A stretch of 64,000 nt of DNA from Candidatus Staskawiczbacteria bacterium (GTDB lineage Bacteria; Patescibacteriota; Minisyncoccia; Minisyncoccales; Staskawiczbacteraceae): assembly GCA_026395215.1 (NCBI GenBank), contig JAPLZC010000009.1, positions 8,711 to 72,710 of the forward strand, written 5' to 3'. This document shows positions 27,912 through 36,504 of this stretch, one piece after another. Below the pieces are notes generated by a model, which saw only the letters and a program-made list of their open reading frames with translations, was not told where the DNA came from and ran no database searches. The translations under genes were made by a program, and so were the position numbers. Position 1 is the first letter of the stretch, and every line of letters starts with the position of its first letter.

Positions 27912-29675
27912 ATGAAAATAACTTCGGGAGAACTTAGGGAGAAATTTTTAAATTATTTTAAAAGGCAGGGGCATGTGATAATTCCTTCGGCTTCTTTGAT
28001 TCCGGAGAATGATCCTACTGTGCTTTTTACAACTGCGGGAATGCATCCGTTGGTGCCTTATTTGTTGGGGCAAAAACATCCGGAAGGAACACGATTAACT
28101 GATTCTCAAAAATGTATAAGAACCGGAGACATTGATGATGTCGGCGATGACACTCACAATACTTTTTTTGAAATGTTGGGAAATTGGTCGTTGGGAGATT
28201 ACTGGAAAGAAGAATCTATAAAATGGTCTTTTGAATTTTTAACAAAAGAATTAGAGATTCCATTGGATAGATTAGCTTTCACTTGTTTTGTGGGAGATGA
28301 AAATGCGTCAAAAGATGAGGAGTCTGCAGATATATGGAGGAGTTTGGGTGTTTTGGATGATAGAATAAAATTTTTGGGTAAAGAAGATAATTGGTGGGGT
28401 CCTGCTGGGCAAACTGGTCCTTGTGGTCCTGACACAGAAATGTTTTATTGGAAATTGAATGACACGCCAGCTCCAAAAGTTTTTGATGCAAAAGATAAAA
28501 ATTGGGTTGAAATTTGGAATAACGTTTTTATGCAGTATGTGAAAGATGAAGCCGGAAATTATAATATTGCAAAACAAAAAAATGTTGATACGGGAATGGG
28601 TTTAGAAAGAACCTTGGCTGTGCTAAACGGAAAAGAAAATATTTATGAAACAGATTTATTTTCTGATTTAATTAAAAAAGTTGAAGAATTATCCGGAAAG
28701 AAATATGCGGAGGATATGAAATCTTTTAGAATTATAGTAGATCACTTAAGGGCGGTTACATTTATAATTGGGGACGTTAAGGGAGTTACTCCAAGTAATG
28801 TTGGCCAGGGTTATATTGTGCGACGACTTATTAGGCGAGCTGTTAGATTTGGAAAGAAGATAGGAATTACAAAAGAAAACTGGACAAGGGAAGTTGCAGA
28901 GGTGGTTGCAATAAATTACGAAGATGTTTATCCAGGTATAAAAGAAAATTTAGATTTTGTTTCAGCCGAGTTAACAAAAGAAGAAGAAAAATTTAATTTA
29001 ACTTTGGAAAAAGGATTAAGAGAATTTGAGAAGTTAGAAAAAATATCAGGAAAAGATGCTTTTAATTTATATCAAACATATGGGTTTCCAATAGAAATTA
29101 CAGAGGAATTGGCGCGTGAAGATGGTAAAGAAATTAACAAGAAAGAATTTGATAAAGAACTGGAAAAACATCAGGAATTATCTCGCACAGCTTCGGCTGG
29201 AGTTTTTAAGGGGGGATTGGCTGATGCTAGTGAGGCAACTACAAAGTTGCATACAGCAGCTCACTTAATGTTAGCTGGTTTGCGCAAGGTTTTGGGTGGT
29301 GAGGTTTATCAAAAAGGGAGCAATATAACCGCTGAAAGATTGAGGTTTGATTTTTCTTGGAAAGAAAAACTGACCAGTGCACAACTTAATGATGTAGAAA
29401 ATTTTGTAAATGATATAATAGAGAAAGATATGCCTGTACGCTGTGAAGAAATGACTTTGGAAAAAGCAAAAGAGCTGAATGCTATGGGAGTTTTTGAATC
29501 TAAATATGGGCAAATCGTAAAAGTTTATACTGTGGGCTCGGAAAATAATATAGCAAGCAGAGAAATATGCGGTGGCCCTCACGTAGAACATACAGGAATT
29601 TTAGGAAAGTTTAAAATACAAAAAGAAGAAAGCTCCTCTTCAGGAGTAAGAAGAATAAAAGCAATACTCGAGTAA
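27912..29675 (+). CDS. alaS: Alanyl-tRNA synthetase, short form (587 aa, no C-Ala domain)
   Basis: FTTAGMHPLVPYL, WGPAGQTGPCGPDTEMF, editing-site HTAAHLM and CGGPHV. Confidence 0.88.
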   Translation: MKITSGELREKFLNYFKRQGHVIIPSASLIPENDPTVLFTTAGMHPLVPYLLGQKHPEGTRLTDSQKCIRTGDIDDVGDDTHNTFFEMLGNWSLGDYWKEESIKWSFEFLTKELEIPLDRLAFTCFVGDENASKDEESADIWRSLGVLDDRIKFLGKEDNWWGPAGQTGPCGPDTEMFYWKLNDTPAPKVFDAKDKNWVEIWNNVFMQYVKDEAGNYNIAKQKNVDTGMGLERTLAVLNGKENIYETDLFSDLIKKVEELSGKKYAEDMKSFRIIVDHLRAVTFIIGDVKGVTPSNVGQGYIVRRLIRRAVRFGKKIGITKENWTREVAEVVAINYEDVYPGIKENLDFVSAELTKEEEKFNLTLEKGLREFEKLEKISGKDAFNLYQTYGFPIEITEELAREDGKEINKKEFDKELEKHQELSRTASAGVFKGGLADASEATTKLHTAAHLMLAGLRKVLGGEVYQKGSNITAERLRFDFSWKEKLTSAQLNDVENFVNDIIEKDMPVRCEEMTLEKAKELNAMGVFESKYGQIVKVYTVGSENNIASREICGGPHVEHTGILGKFKIQKEESSSSGVRRIKAILE

Positions 29676-29781
29676 CGACGGATTTTTACAGATTAGAAAC
29701 GGATTAACACAGCATCACGGATACGAAAATCTGTGATTCGTGAAAATCCGTAATTCATTTGTGTAAATCCGTTTCATACAA
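29676..29781 (+). repeat. ACGGAT-word intergenic repeat element, copy 2
   Basis: Shares the core ...ATCACGGATACGAAAATCTGTGATTCGTGAAAATCCGT... and the terminal inverted words ACGGATT / TGTGTAAATCCGT. Confidence 0.85.
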
Positions 29782-31089
29782 ATGGCAAGAAAAATTTACG
29801 ATATAAAACCGCCTAAAGTGGCTAAAAAAGCAGAGGTAAAACCTGATGGTAAAATTAAGATAAAAAGAAACACACAAACGGTGTCACGCCCGCCCATCAC
29901 CCGTAAGAAAAATGAAAGACGCTCTGTTTGGGGTACCCCATGGGTCTCGGTTTCTATTACTGTATTAGTTATTTTATTGGCTGTTGGCGTATATTTATTT
30001 TTTAAATTGCCTAAGGCCGATATTGCTATTTGGCCAAGAGTGGATGTATTAAGTTTTCAGCAGACAATTACAGGAGATAAATCAGCTGATTCGGTTGATA
30101 TTGTAAAAAACACAATTCCGGCTTATTATTTCCAAACAACCAAAATAAATGCCCAAGATTTTCCGGCAACAGGAAATGGGTCAAATGAAGGATACGCCTC
30201 TGGCTCAATACTTATTACCAACAAATATAATCCGGTAACGCCTTTCACATTTAAAGCGGGAACTCATTTTATGTCTGATTCTGGAAAATTATTTATAACC
30301 TTTCAAAAAGTTGTGATTCCGGCGGCAACAAAATCCGGAAGTAAAATTATTCCAGGAACAATAAAAATAAATGTTCAGGCTGTTGAAGGCGGAACCGGTT
30401 ATAATATAGCCCCTTCAAATTTTTCAATATCAGGGCTTAAGGGAACCGCTTATTATTACAGCGTTACAGCCGCCTCTTCAAGTGCAATGACCGGCGGATA
30501 TTCAGGGAAAGTTAAGAAGGTGACTGATGACGATATTAGCGGAGCCAAAGATGTTTTGACCAAGAAAACCACGTCTGATGCGTTAGCAGATTTGAAAAGC
30601 CAAATTTCGGATGATTATGTTTTATTAGATAATGCAATTTTGTCAAATGTTGCTAGCGCCTCAACAAAAACAAAAACTGGAACTGTCGCCGATAATTTTA
30701 ATTACAGTGTAACAGCTAACGCAAGCGCTTTGGCTTTTAAAAAATCTGATTTGGAACAGTTTGCAAAAAATTATATTATTTCTAAACTGGCCGATGGAAA
30801 AAGTATTTTGGAAAAAGAATTTAAGTTGGATTATTCTGCCAACGTGGTTGATGTCTCCGGGGGAAAGGCAACATTAAATTTAGTTTTTTCTTCGGGAATT
30901 TATCAAGGCATAGATAAAAACTCTATGTCACTGTCTTTGCTTGGAAAAAATATTAGCCAGATAAAGGAAATAATAGGTAATACTTTGGGAGATCAGGTTT
31001 CAGAATTAAGAATAAACCTCTGGCCATTTTGGGTAACTAAAGCGCCAAACAACCAGAAAGCAGTTAATATAGACCTTAAATTCCAGTAG
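29782..31089 (+). CDS. Hypothetical membrane-anchored protein (435 aa)
   Basis: Basic N-terminus, one TM helix (VSITVLVILLAVGVYLFF), Ser/Thr/Ala-rich extracytoplasmic part. Confidence 0.55.
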   Translation: MARKIYDIKPPKVAKKAEVKPDGKIKIKRNTQTVSRPPITRKKNERRSVWGTPWVSVSITVLVILLAVGVYLFFKLPKADIAIWPRVDVLSFQQTITGDKSADSVDIVKNTIPAYYFQTTKINAQDFPATGNGSNEGYASGSILITNKYNPVTPFTFKAGTHFMSDSGKLFITFQKVVIPAATKSGSKIIPGTIKINVQAVEGGTGYNIAPSNFSISGLKGTAYYYSVTAASSSAMTGGYSGKVKKVTDDDISGAKDVLTKKTTSDALADLKSQISDDYVLLDNAILSNVASASTKTKTGTVADNFNYSVTANASALAFKKSDLEQFAKNYIISKLADGKSILEKEFKLDYSANVVDVSGGKATLNLVFSSGIYQGIDKNSMSLSLLGKNISQIKEIIGNTLGDQVSELRINLWPFWVTKAPNNQKAVNIDLKFQ

Positions 31090-31136
31090 AGTATTGACTG
31101 TTTTAATTTAATTTGCTAACATACTGTTATATACAA

Positions 31137-31379
31137 ATGAGTCCAAATGACCCAACGGGTACACCGAAAAATCAAGTGATAAAGAAAGACGGGAGAGTTA
31201 TAGAAGCTTTACCAAATGCTTTTTTTAAGGTAGTATTACCTGACGGGAAAGAAATAATGGGATTTCTCTCGGGAAAGATGAGAATGAATAGAATTACTAT
31301 TTTACCTGGGGACAAAGTTTCGTTAGAAATGAGTCCATATGATGAAAACAAAGGCAGAATAGTTTATAGGCTTAAATAA
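31137..31379 (+). CDS. infA: Translation initiation factor IF-1
   Basis: [43 protein letters not shown]. Start moved to ATG 31137. Confidence 0.93.
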   Translation: MSPNDPTGTPKNQVIKKDGRVIEALPNAFFKVVLPDGKEIMGFLSGKMRMNRITILPGDKVSLEMSPYDENKGRIVYRLK

Positions 31380-31482
31380 ACAGATTAACACGGATTGATG
31401 ACGGATTTGCACAATATCACGGATAAGAAAAATCTGTGATTCGTGGAAATCCGTTATTTATATGTGTAAATCCGTATTATAA
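31380..31482 (+). repeat. ACGGAT-word intergenic repeat element, copy 3
   Basis: Same core and terminal words as copies 1 and 2. Ends at the rpmJ start codon. Confidence 0.85.
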
Positions 31483-31599
31483 ATGAAAGTAAGACCATCA
31501 GTAAAAAAAATTTGTAACGATTGTAAAACTGTCAAAAGGGAGGGAGTACTTTTTGTTATTTGCAAAAAGAATCCTAAACATAAACAGAGACAAGGTTAG
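31483..31599 (+). CDS. rpmJ: 50S ribosomal protein L36
   Basis: Below the track cut-off; hand-translated as [38 protein letters not shown]. Confidence 0.93.
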   Translation: MKVRPSVKKICNDCKTVKREGVLFVICKKNPKHKQRQG

Positions 31600-31638
31600 A
31601 CTGAAAGTTTAAAAATTTAAAAATTTAAAAATTATAGC

Positions 31639-32028
31639 ATGCCACGTATAGCAGGGGTAAATATACCCGAAAATAAAAGAATTGTAATTTCATTAACTTA
31701 TATCTACGGGATAGGGAAGTCTTTGAGTGAGAAAATTTTAGGGGAGATGAAAATAGATGTTAGTAAAAAAGCATCTGACCTAACTCCAAAAGAGGTTAAC
31801 GATTTGAAAGATTATATTGAAAAAACCTACAAAATTGAAGGAGATTTGAGAAGACAGGTTATGATAAACGTCAAAAGATTGAAAGATATAGGCGCCTGGA
31901 GAGGACTAAGGCATATGAAAGGTTTGCCAGTTAGAGGACAAAGAACAAAAACAAATAACAGAACGGTAAGGGGAAATGTCAGAAAGACAATGGGTTCTGG
32001 CAGAAAACCACCGGCAATGGCCACTTAA
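31639..32028 (+). CDS. rpsM: 30S ribosomal protein S13
   Basis: MPRIAGVNIPENKRIVISLTYIYGIG. Confidence 0.96.
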   Translation: MPRIAGVNIPENKRIVISLTYIYGIGKSLSEKILGEMKIDVSKKASDLTPKEVNDLKDYIEKTYKIEGDLRRQVMINVKRLKDIGAWRGLRHMKGLPVRGQRTKTNNRTVRGNVRKTMGSGRKPPAMAT

Positions 32029-32032
32029 AACT

Positions 32033-32512
32033 ATGGGAAAAAAACACGTAATAGAAACAAATCAAGAGGAATTAATAAAGGAGCAAGAAAAAATAGATAA
32101 AAAAGTAGGGAAAGATGCTCCAAAAGCTTCGTCTGAAACTCAGACAAAGCAAGTTTTTGCTGGAGTTCAGTCGGGAAAGATTTATATTTCTTCTTCATAC
32201 AATAATACAATATTGACCCTAACAAATTCAAAAGGCCAAGTTTTGGCTTGGAAGTCAGCCGGATCGGTTGGATTTAAAGGAACCAAAAAATCAACTTCTT
32301 TTGCCGCATCAAGAGTAGCAGAAACTATTGCCAATGTGTGCAAAAAAATGGGGATTATTGATAAGATAGAAGTTTTTATAAAAGGCATTGGAGCAGGAAG
32401 AGAATCTGCTGTAAGGACACTGATTACACAAGGATTAAATGTTGTTTCAATAAAAGATATAACGCCGATTCCGCACAACGGATGCAGACCGGCAAAAGTA
32501 AGAAGGGTATAA
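32033..32512 (+). CDS. rpsK: 30S ribosomal protein S11 with an N-terminal extension
   Basis: Start moved to ATG 32033. Core IYISSSYNNTILTLTNSKGQVLAWKSAG...PHNGCRP. Confidence 0.93.
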   Translation: MGKKHVIETNQEELIKEQEKIDKKVGKDAPKASSETQTKQVFAGVQSGKIYISSSYNNTILTLTNSKGQVLAWKSAGSVGFKGTKKSTSFAASRVAETIANVCKKMGIIDKIEVFIKGIGAGRESAVRTLITQGLNVVSIKDITPIPHNGCRPAKVRRV

Positions 32513-32534
32513 TGAATTAACTTCGTAAATTCAC

Positions 32535-33164
32535 ATGCATTACGATCAATGTAAAACTTGTAGGCGATTAGGACAAAAACTCTTTTTAAAGGGCGATCGT
32601 TGTTTTTCACAAAAATGCGCCATGGTTAGGAACGCAAATGTTCCAGGACCTCAGAAAAAAAGAAGGGGAGGCGCTCCGTCAGAATACAAGAAGTCCTTGG
32701 AAGAAAAACAGACATTAAAGAAATGGTATGGATTGTCTGAAAGGCAATTTAAAAGGTATGTTAAAGAAACTCTTGCAAAGATGGGAAAGGTTGACGATGT
32801 TTCAGCCGAACTTATAAGAAAATTGGAAAAGAGATTGGACAACGTTATTTTCAGATTGGGTTTTGCCAAATCAAGGGTGCAGGCCAGACAACTGGTATCG
32901 CACGGATATTTCTTAATAAACGGCAAGCCTGTTAATATTGCTTCATACCAAGTTATGAAAGATGACGCTATTGCCATAAAAGAACACAAAAAGGCCAAGG
33001 GCATTTTCAAGGACTTGGTAAATGAATTGAAAAGAAAAGAAATACCGGCATGGTTGTCGCTTAATAAAGATAAATTAGAGGCAAAAACTGTTGGAGAACC
33101 AAGCTTGGATGAAGTAAAACCTCCGGCAGAGATCTCATTAATATTCGAGTATTATTCAAGGTAA
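32535..33164 (+). CDS. rpsD: 30S ribosomal protein S4
   Basis: N-terminal CKTCRRLGQKLFLKGDRC; S4 domain ARQLVSHGYFLINGKPV. Confidence 0.95.
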   Translation: MHYDQCKTCRRLGQKLFLKGDRCFSQKCAMVRNANVPGPQKKRRGGAPSEYKKSLEEKQTLKKWYGLSERQFKRYVKETLAKMGKVDDVSAELIRKLEKRLDNVIFRLGFAKSRVQARQLVSHGYFLINGKPVNIASYQVMKDDAIAIKEHKKAKGIFKDLVNELKRKEIPAWLSLNKDKLEAKTVGEPSLDEVKPPAEISLIFEYYSR

Positions 33165-33254
33165 AATATTTATTAAAGTTAATTTTAGGCTTTAGCCTCC
33201 AGGGTGATAACGTAAACAAATCGTTGATATCTGGGTGTTAAAAACTAATAACAA

Positions 33255-34199
33255 ATGATTCCTCTTCCATTACCGCCAAAAGTAATTCAAAAGAAAAAAA
33301 ACCAAACGGTTTTTGAGGTAGAAGGATTATATCCTGGGTACGGCGTTACAATTGGAAACTCTTTAAGAAGAGTTTTAATGTCATCCTTACAGGGAGCGGC
33401 TGTGACCGAAGTTAAAATAAAAGGAGTTCCGCACGAATTTTCAACAATATCCGGCGTCTTGGAGGACGTGATAATGATACTTTTGAATGTTAAGAATCTA
33501 AGATTTAAAATTTTTGAAGGAGAATCGCAAAAAGTCAGTTTGACTGTTAAAGGAGAAGGCGAAGTAACTGGCAAAGATTTTAAATGTCCTTCACAAATAA
33601 AATTGGTAAACCCAGAATTACATATTGCAACAATTACAGACAAGAAAACAGAATTAGAAATAGAAATTACAGTTGAAAGAGGAATTGGATATGTTCCAAA
33701 GGACCAGGTTAAAAAAGGAAAAGCAGAAATTGGATCTATTGCAGTAGATGCTATATATACTCCAATTAGAAATGTAAACTTTCAGGTTGAGAATATGCGC
33801 GTTGGCGACAGAACAGACTTTGATAAATTGTCCTTGGAAATTGAGACCGACGGCACAATTACTCCCGAAGAAGCATTCTTTGAAGCTTGCGATATTTTAA
33901 TAAAACATTTTAATATTATTTTTGAAGGCAAAGCAGGTGAAAATAAGGAAAATATAAAAAGTGAAAAAGGAGAGGATTCCGAGGGTGAAGTTGATGTGAC
34001 TAAAATAGCTGTAGAAGATTTGAAGTTAACCGGCAGAACGCTTAACGCCTTAATAAATAATGGTGTTAAGACTGTTGGCGGAGTTGTAAAGAAATCAGAA
34101 AAGAGTTTGTCTGAATTAGAAGGTATGGGAGACAAAGCAATGTCCGAAATAAAAAGAAAAATAAAGAAATTAGGTTTGGAGTTAAAAGGTGAGGAATAA
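33255..34199 (+). CDS. rpoA: DNA-directed RNA polymerase subunit alpha
   Basis: NTD GYGVTIGNSLRRVLMSSLQGAAV; CTD LKLTGRTLNALINNGVKTVGGV. Confidence 0.95.
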   Translation: MIPLPLPPKVIQKKKNQTVFEVEGLYPGYGVTIGNSLRRVLMSSLQGAAVTEVKIKGVPHEFSTISGVLEDVIMILLNVKNLRFKIFEGESQKVSLTVKGEGEVTGKDFKCPSQIKLVNPELHIATITDKKTELEIEITVERGIGYVPKDQVKKGKAEIGSIAVDAIYTPIRNVNFQVENMRVGDRTDFDKLSLEIETDGTITPEEAFFEACDILIKHFNIIFEGKAGENKENIKSEKGEDSEGEVDVTKIAVEDLKLTGRTLNALINNGVKTVGGVVKKSEKSLSELEGMGDKAMSEIKRKIKKLGLELKGEE

Positions 34200-34275
34200 C
34201 CATCAACGAATAACGAATCAATACGAATATACGAATTCGTAAATTAGTACAGAATTCGTAATTCGATGATATTTC

Positions 34276-34626
34276 ATGAATAAGAAAAATAAAAATAGAA
34301 AATTATCACTGAAAAAGGGGCCAAGAACACTGTTGCTCAGGGTGCTTGTGAATAATTTTTTTGTGCACGAAAAGATAAAGACTACAGAGGCTAAAGCAAA
34401 AGAGTTAAGATCTATTGCCGAGAAGATGATAACAAGAGCTAAAGACGCTGGTCTAGCAAATAGAAGAATATTGGCTCAGGATTTAACTCCTACAAACCTA
34501 AAAAAGGTAATGGATAAAATTGCTCCAATGTATTTAGATAGGCAGGGTGGGTATACAAGAATTATGAAATTGGGGCCTCGTAATTCAGATAGTGCCAAAA
34601 TGGTAATAATTGAATTGGTAAAATAA
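34276..34626 (+). CDS. rplQ: 50S ribosomal protein L17
   Basis: Alpha-operon position; HEKIKTTEAKAKELR...GGYTRIMKLGPR. Confidence 0.92.
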   Translation: MNKKNKNRKLSLKKGPRTLLLRVLVNNFFVHEKIKTTEAKAKELRSIAEKMITRAKDAGLANRRILAQDLTPTNLKKVMDKIAPMYLDRQGGYTRIMKLGPRNSDSAKMVIIELVK

Positions 34627-34627
34627 C

Positions 34628-34987
34628 ATGGAAAACATTGTAAGAAAAATTATTTCAATAGACGCAGACGGCAAAAGTTTGGGCAGATTAGCTGCCGAAG
34701 TTGCTGTTTCACTTCGTGGAAAAAACAAGCCAAGCTATGTCCCATATAAAGATGTGGGTGATACAGTTGTTGTAAAAAACATAGACAAAATGAAGTTTAC
34801 AGGAGACAAGATGGAAGGAAAGGAATATTTTCATTTCACCGGATATTTGGGAAATCTTAAAAAAATGACACTTAAGGAATATTTAATTAAAAGAGGACCT
34901 AGGGAAGTTTTAAGAACTGCAATAATGGGAATGCTTCAGAAAAATAAATTAAGAGACAAACAAATTAAGAGATTAAGATTTGAATAA
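34628..34987 (+). CDS. rplM: 50S ribosomal protein L13
   Basis: IDADGKSLGRLAAEVAVSLRGKNKPSY. Confidence 0.93.
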   Translation: MENIVRKIISIDADGKSLGRLAAEVAVSLRGKNKPSYVPYKDVGDTVVVKNIDKMKFTGDKMEGKEYFHFTGYLGNLKKMTLKEYLIKRGPREVLRTAIMGMLQKNKLRDKQIKRLRFE

Positions 34988-35558
34988 AAATATGGTTGAG
35001 AAAAAGATAGTAAAAAAAATAGCGCCAAAAACAGAGATAAAAGCTCCAGAGGTTGTTGAGCAGAAGGCTTATGTTGTTCCTGAGACTCCGATTGAAGTGG
35101 AAGAAATAGGAGATGTTGATATTTCTGAGGAAATTGCAAAATCTATAAAAGAAGCTGCTGGAAAACCGGACAGATATTATGAAGCAATTGGCCGAAGGAA
35201 AACCGCAGTTGCCAGAATTAGACTTTACACAAAAGGAGACAAAGAGTTTATTGTAAATGAGATGCCATATACACAATATTTTCAAACTATTGAAGATAGG
35301 GAATCGGCTGTCTCATCTATGAAGAAAATGAAATGTTTGGACAAGTTCAGAATTACCGTAAAAGTGCAAGGTGGAGGCCACAGAGCTCAAGCCGAGGCCA
35401 TTAGACACGGAACCGCCAGAGTATTGGTTGACTTCAATGCCAATTTCCGAAAACGCCTAAGAAAAGCCGGCTTCCTAACAAGAGACCCAAGAATGCGCGA
35501 AAGAAAGAAATTCGGTCTCAAGAGAGCCAGAAAGAGTCCACAGTGGGCAAAGAGGTAA
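34980..35558 (+). CDS. rpsI: 30S ribosomal protein S9 with a roughly 60-aa N-terminal extension
   Basis: GRRKTAVARIRLY...GGGHRAQAEAIRHG...ends KR. The start could be ATG 34992. Confidence 0.92.
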   Translation: MNKNMVEKKIVKKIAPKTEIKAPEVVEQKAYVVPETPIEVEEIGDVDISEEIAKSIKEAAGKPDRYYEAIGRRKTAVARIRLYTKGDKEFIVNEMPYTQYFQTIEDRESAVSSMKKMKCLDKFRITVKVQGGGHRAQAEAIRHGTARVLVDFNANFRKRLRKAGFLTRDPRMRERKKFGLKRARKSPQWAKR

Positions 35559-35569
35559 ACAAAAAAATT

Positions 35570-35597
35570 CAAAGCCCCGCTTCGGCGGGGTTTTTGT
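35570..35597 (+). terminator. Intrinsic terminator after rpsI
   Basis: CCCCGC-ttcg-GCGGGG followed by a T-run. Confidence 0.75.
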
Positions 35598-35659
35598 TTA
35601 CTTATTTGTATTATTTGTTAATATGAATTTGGGTCATTGTCAAAAATAAGGAGAATCCA

Positions 35660-35992
35660 ATGATAAGTAACAAACGCATTGTTGTGTACTTTTTTGTACT
35701 GTTAATTGCGGTCTGGTTTTTTAAGATTACAATCAATGATGGCAACAGCATGGCTCCAACTTTGTTTAGTGGGCAGGTTTGTCTGGTGGTGAAGTGTGTG
35801 GAACCCTTGCCAGGAGATATTGTTTACGCTTACGATAATGAAGGCGTGGGAGTGTGTAAGAGGTTGGCGTGGTACACCAAAAACGGAGAGATGTTTCTTA
35901 TTGGTGATAATGCCAAAAATAGCCTTGATAGCCGACATCTTGGGCCGGTGCCCATGTCAGCCTATATAGGCAAAGTGGCGTTTTGTCCTTAG
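35660..35992 (+). CDS. Minimal S26-family (signal-peptidase-I-like) serine peptidase, 110 aa
   Basis: N-terminal TM. GNSMAPTL (catalytic Ser box), CKRL (Lys box), GDNAKNSLDSRHLGPV. AAGGAG SD. Confidence 0.65.
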   Translation: MISNKRIVVYFFVLLIAVWFFKITINDGNSMAPTLFSGQVCLVVKCVEPLPGDIVYAYDNEGVGVCKRLAWYTKNGEMFLIGDNAKNSLDSRHLGPVPMSAYIGKVAFCP

Positions 35993-35994
35993 TC

Positions 35995-36018
35995 GCAGAG
36001 GTTTGTCCTCTGCTTTTT
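35995..36018 (+). terminator. Intrinsic terminator
   Basis: GCAGAGG-tttgt-CCTCTGC followed by T5. Confidence 0.7.
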
Positions 36019-36040
36019 ATTGAACCTCACTCAATAAGGT

Positions 36041-36146
36041 TTGACATTTTTGATAAAATTGGTAATGTTATATTGCAACTTGAAAAATAGTTTCGAATAG
36101 TTCGGAAATTTTCCAGGTGAGTATTCTTTTTAAAAGGAGAAAGTTC
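36041..36146 (+). promoter_or_regulatory. Promoter-leader repeat, copy A (TTGACA...GTTATATT, leader hairpin, SD)
   Basis: The first roughly 50 nt are nearly identical to copy B at 36401-36504. Confidence 0.55.
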
Positions 36147-36362
36147 ATGAGCAAGAAAGCTAAGAGGGAAGATCCAAAGGCGAGAGCCTATCTCGAGAGT
36201 CTTTATCGCCTCGCAAAGACCGGGAGAAGCATAAAGAAGAGATTGAAATTCATGAAGTCGCGCAAGAATGGGAATGTCCGTATCAGCCATGTGAACACTC
36301 CAGCGGAAGGGCTTGCTATTCTGGAAGTTGCTGAAATTCACGACATCACAGACTATTGTTAG
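36147..36362 (+). CDS. Hypothetical basic 71-aa protein
   Basis: AAAAGGAG SD 7 nt before ATG 36147. The track start at 36117 lies inside the leader. Confidence 0.5.
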   Translation: MSKKAKREDPKARAYLESLYRLAKTGRSIKKRLKFMKSRKNGNVRISHVNTPAEGLAILEVAEIHDITDYC

Positions 36363-36366
36363 TCCA

Positions 36367-36398
36367 AAGGATAAGTCATCGCACTTCATCCTTTTTTT
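36367..36398 (+). terminator. Intrinsic terminator
   Basis: AAGGATAAGT...ACTTCATCCTT imperfect stem followed by T7. Confidence 0.55.
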
Positions 36399-36400
36399 AT

Positions 36401-36504
36401 TTGACAATTTTAGTAAAATTGATAAGGTTATATTGCACCTTGAAAAATAACTCCGAACATCTCGGAACTTTTTTTTGGTGTGGTGAAGAACCAAGGAGAT
36501 AAAA
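36401..36504 (+). promoter_or_regulatory. Promoter-leader repeat, copy B
   Basis: TTGACA at 36401-36406, exactly 360 nt after copy A. Leader hairpin TCCGA-acatc-TCGGA followed by T8. AAGGAG SD. Confidence 0.55.

Noticed and set aside
19809-31482. Possibility that the ACGGAT-word repeats or other intergenic repeats are CRISPR arrays
   Set aside because: There is no regular repeat-spacer periodicity. Copies are kilobases apart and each fills one spacer. No cas genes are adjacent.
15955-31641. Tandem AATTTAAAA repeats before rplN (15955-15976) and rpsM (31608-31632)
   Set aside because: These are very short, AT-only, low-complexity runs, plausibly just AT-rich spacer or an A/U-rich translation enhancer. 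There is not enough signal to call a feature.
36027-36494. Minus-strand ORF of 155 aa spanning both promoter-leader repeats
   Set aside because: It runs antisense through two promoters, a terminator and the 71-aa ORF. It has no SD and is best explained as a shadow frame.
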